A program made the position numbers and the translations under genes. From Ruditapes philippinarum (lineage: Eukaryota), in assembly GCF_026571515.1 (NCBI RefSeq), contig NW_026857847.1, forward strand, positions 1-64,000: a stretch of DNA of 64,000 nucleotides, given 5' to 3'. The notes under the pieces are model-generated. The model did not search any database, was not told the origin of the DNA, and saw only the letters and a program-made list of their open reading frames with translations. Below, piece by piece: positions 61,501 through 64,000 of this stretch; within the stretch, counting starts at the first letter, position 1; every line of letters begins with the position of its first letter.

Positions 61501-63763
61501 TGACTAGCTTTGAATTTGGACCAGTTCAATGAATAGTTTCATAGATTTAAAACTTAAAAACAAACATATTGACCTACCAATAGTACAGAAATTGGTCAGA
61601 CAGCACTGATATGCGGCCTGGCCCGGCTCTATACAAACTTGATTAAAACGCAAATCAGTTTCGGTTCCAGCAGGTAAAATGTAAAATATTTTCCAAGTCG
61701 AGCTTTTAAATGTACAAAATAGTAGCTTTCAATGAAAACTGACTTGAGGAAGTGACGGTGTTTCAAAAAAGTATGTTTCTTCGTGGTTTGTTAAACAACT
61801 TTGCATTTATTGTAATCATTTACATTTGTATTTGATATGCTGATGAAGAAGAAAATGGTGGTTGTACGCCGCACCTACATAGTATAGGCATATATGGTAA
61901 CTTATCAGCTTATACTGGTGGAAGAAGACCTAAGATGCCCATTTTTGCATTATTTCAGGCAACGGGCACCTAAGTAACAAACGGGCGCCTAAGTAAAACT
62001 CACTGACGTTCACATGAAATAATTCGAAGACGCTTGCGCGGCTTAAACCTTGAGCGGAACAGCGGTGAGAGGCAAGTGATTCGAAGTCAAGGACTTTGAT
62101 CACTTGACCACAGACGCGTCATCATCATGTATGATATATAGATAATTATCAAATAGAACTTCCGTTCAAGTAATCATTAGATAGTATATAGGTACTCATT
62201 AAATAGTTTTACATATATAGAACGTATATACGCGATCATTTATAAATATGTAGTTAGTATGTAAGAAATAAGTTTTCATCATCAATTCAAAGTATTTAAA
62301 TTCATATAATTCGTTTGACCCCCTTGTGACTGAAGGGTTGTTTTAAGGGTTTAAGGTATCAGAATTGCAACCACAGTTTATCTCTGTGTGACTGTAATTA
62401 AGAGGCCACTAAATGGTTTCGAATAAATTGAGTCTATGCATCTCTTAAGGCCTCAACAGACGGTAAGGTTTTGAAGTACAACACCAAGTAAAACAAAGAT
62501 GTACAAGCCAATCTTAATATGTGAAGGCTACTATTTCTTGAATTTGTAAACCTTAATACTAGATGTAAAGGATTTAGAAAATCTTGTACAACAGACCTCC
62601 CGCAATGACATTCCATAACAATTAGGGCTAAAAGGTAAACATAGTAGTAAGATAGGGTAAAAATGATGTTGAAAAACTCTTCAGGAGACCCAAAGTTGTG
62701 GTATGTTCGAATCCCAAATTATTCCGAAAATGATTATGTCACGGTATTGAACTGTTCTCTAATCAGGGGAGGTAGTTTGTAGGCGGTCGGATAGCTCAGT
62801 CAGTAGAGCCGCAGTACGGTATTCCTATGGTCCCAGGTTTGAGTCTCGGTCAGGCTGCACATTAAAAAAAAAAAATAAAAAAAATATGAAAATGGAGATG
62901 TTTCAATCATTACTCATGGTGTAAAAAAAAGGTGATAAAGTATTAAGGGATCAATTGGGAGAGAACTTTTTTTAGGGAAACCTCAGATCTTTCCTACAAT
63001 GCAGAATTACAGTCTTAATGCCAGTGCAGCTTTGAAAATTGTACATCCTATCTCTAATTAGTGTTGTACAACTAAATCCTACCGTTTGTTGTTTAGCATG
63101 TGAGGAGGTTTTGACGCTTTATAAAATATTGTAACACTTGAAATTACCCAAAATCATTTTTACTGTTTCGGCGCCAAATGACCAAAATTTTGTTGGTGCG
63201 CCGTAAAACCGAACAAAGCAAAAATAATTAGTTTCAAGTGTTTATGTCATTATGGTCCGTACACTATATCAAAATATACATGTAATACTAGTATGGTGAT
63301 CAACTTTAAAAGGCCTCATATAATGTTACGTTTTATGCAAACACTATGCTGAAAAGTTTAAGACAACAAAAAAACACATCCGTGAATTTGTTTAGAATAC
63401 AGTAATAAACACAACGATGTGTACTCATATACACTTGCTAATCGTTTTAAACACACTTGTCATCATTTATACTATACGTATTTAATTATCGTATGTAGGC
63501 CAAGCCTGAATATGAAATGTATGAAATGCATAGAGGCACAATTCTTTAATAGTTACATACTCATCTATTCAGATCTATGCTTAATTTATAACTTGAAACT
63601 GTCTCAAAAATAAACATAAATTTTAATTGATATTTAAATTACTACACTTCAATTTTATTTTATTTATAACAGCATAATTTCGTGTCATAAACAACGGTAA
63701 GCAACGATTAAAATCTGAAAAATATGTAAATAAAATTCTTACCGGATTGTGTACTGTAGCCAT
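37515..63763 (-). CDS. Gene A: tandem-repeat (two-CRD) galectin, ~353/354 aa. Exons (minus): 63763-63743, 56630-56542, 55972-55885, 53102-52983, 52486-52376, 50167-50033, 44995-44918, 44568-44483, [41804-41591 OR 40446-40230], 37634-37515
   Basis: All introns are GT-AG and phases join into one ORF: MATVHNP|GIPYVGPIPGGLHDGLQIHVSGTPEQHHNG|FLISLQAGGSIDPRSDCAFVFNPRFTDNQ|VVRNSCQNNSWGAEERHGGFPFRKGHHCDVVIHVKPHHYS|VSVNGAHFCDFNHRLQKHRVTHITVEQGIRVNNIRFE|linker exons|PVPFVQGMGGIYPNKMIFISGVPHPNPSR|W-exon|VAVNNQHLLEFNHRVRQLNLIDTLRIDGDLRLTQVRFQG*. Galectin motifs FNPRF, VRN, WGxEER, FPF and VxVNxxH..F.HR are present in both domains. No signal peptide, as is usual for galectins. Confidence 0.92.
37896..38453 (+). 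mobile_element. Second Helentron/pearl-like family with ~164-bp internal repeats (~2.6 copies) and (GACGCC)n
   Basis: aacaagagctgtc...gctcgacta 5' end, repeated gtcaatctgatgtaccttgttacta units, 3' end tagtcgagctaaaaa. Confidence 0.7.
40230..40446 (-). CDS. Gene A CRD2 sugar-binding exon, variant B (Cys-type)
   Basis: 217 nt (1+72 codons), acceptor ttttgttccag, donor AAG|gtagat. Encodes FTVYLQQGSQHEPHHIGMCFDARFNYGNDRNVVVRNHKQGNWGQEERHVTHFPFMPNGNFEMIILIEPHCYK with no stops. Confidence 0.9.
41591..41804 (-). CDS. Gene A CRD2 sugar-binding exon, variant A (His-type)
   Basis: 214 nt (1+71 codons), acceptor tgtcaaag, donor AAG|gtagta. Encodes FSINLQCGYGDIAFHFDVRFNYGNDRNVIVRNSLLTNSWGPEERTLPCGYFPFQPNMYFEAIVLVEPYCFK with no stops. 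Confidence 0.88.
42241..43325 (+). mobile_element. Non-autonomous Helentron/pearl-like element with 5 internal ~166-bp repeats
   Basis: 5' end aacaagagggccatgatggccctga..tcgctcacctg, tandem core units, (ACGG)n microsatellite, 3' hairpin gctcac...tgtc..gacaggtgagc followed by taaaaa. Confidence 0.8.
43700..43940. mobile_element. Palindromic MITE
   Basis: Nearly self-complementary (gacaaaaccaac...ccagcatgg...cagcctgcgcatccgcgcagtctgat / atcagactgcgcggatgcgcaggctgg...gttggttttgtc). Confidence 0.8.
45385..45618. mobile_element. Foldback/palindromic MITE
   Basis: tatcacaggtaccctctcattttt...aaagcacgacatatgctttta / taaaagcatatgtcgtgcttt...aaaaatgagagggtacctgtgata. Confidence 0.8.
46730..48250. mobile_element. 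Large diverged foldback element (~510-bp inverted arms, ~460-bp spacer)
   Basis: 46730-47240 is the reverse complement of 47700-48250 (e.g. cgatgcatgtat.tggtcgcatggtcgaaaat / attttcgaccatgcgacca.atacatgcatcg; cccgcttggtttgc / gcaaaccaagcggg). Confidence 0.75.
50033..50167 (-). CDS. Gene A His/Gly/Pro-rich inter-CRD linker exon (45 aa, phase 0-0)
   Basis: tttcag acceptor, gtatgt donor, 135 nt. Encodes GRHGGHGGGIGAALGQFAGALFNEFSGGHERPHHKHHPPHQHPPP; homologous to exon 2 of genes B and D. Confidence 0.82.
53809..55406 (+). mobile_element. Same element family with 8 internal ~166-bp repeats
   Basis: Termini nearly identical to 42241-43325; core unit anchor gaacaaacttggtagacac recurs at about 53905, 54072, 54242, 54408, 54573, 54740, 54906 and 55073. 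Confidence 0.85.
57137..57480. mobile_element. Related TTAA MITE in gene A intron 1
   Basis: ttaa|agggactc ... cctcagtggagcccct|ttaa, with internal similarity (gggactgaa, tataccatt, tgtgc.gaatt) to 24435-24761. Confidence 0.7.
60605..60800. repeat. Degenerate ~21-bp repeat (aactcgaaatttcgactta) with an inverted final portion, probably a MITE interior
   Basis: Repeated ctcgaaatttcgact motifs, followed by agtcgaaatttcgagtt. Confidence 0.65.
61860..62118 (-). mobile_element. Second, diverged copy of the same SINE family
   Basis: Shares ggtgga.gaaga..t.ag.tgccc...tgcattatttcaggca...ggcacct.agta with 4650-4720; tRNA-like head at the right end. Confidence 0.6.
62782..62883 (+). mobile_element. 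tRNA-like SINE head or tRNA pseudogene with A-rich tail
   Basis: A-box TAGCTCAGTCAGTAGAG and B-box-like GGTTTGAGTC, followed by an A run; the cloverleaf is not intact. Confidence 0.55.
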
Positions 63764-64000
63764 GTTATTTTGTTTTCCGAAAATACACACGTCAAGTTAA
63801 GTTTTAAGTATCGGCCTCTTATCCGAAACATGTGATGTCCTGGTCATGTGATGAGTATGGTGTCTTATTAGAGCCATAACAAAAGCATTGTCACGAGAGC
63901 TATTTTGTTCCAAGAAATGTAAATACTGGACAGTTAAAAGAAGTAACAGTTAAGACTGTCAAGAGCACCCCTTACTGTATCCCTGCCACTCCCCCTCCCA

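Noticed and set aside
62782-62860. Functional tRNA gene
   Set aside because: Stems are imperfect, the B-box is degenerate and an A-tail follows; treated as a SINE or pseudogene.

Overview
AT-rich animal genomic DNA, most likely from a bivalve mollusc (inferred from the repeat families and galectin type). The core of the window is a tandem cluster of four intron-containing galectin genes, all on the minus strand, reconstructed by reading splice sites by hand. Gene A (37515-63763) is a two-CRD tandem-repeat galectin. Genes B (17789-24215) and C (9639-14741) each have an N-terminal tail and a single CRD. Gene D (126-2915, running off the left edge) is a recent duplicate of B. The main observation is that gene A carries two intact, paralogous, phase-matched copies of the exon encoding the whole sugar-binding site of CRD2 (41591-41804 and 40230-40446), flanked by only one upstream and one downstream CRD2 exon. 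This is a mutually-exclusive-exon layout that would switch the binding site between HxDxR and CxDxR. Gene A also has a frame-symmetric His/Gly/Pro-rich linker exon, which reappears as the N-terminal tail of genes B and D. Between A and B is an apparently full-length but disrupted L1/Tx1-like LINE inserted into the last codons of a Tc1 transposase. The rest is mariner relics, Helentron/pearl-like elements carrying ~165-bp tandem arrays, palindromic MITEs, tRNA-derived SINEs and mini/microsatellites. Transcription and splicing are inferred from genomic sequence only.
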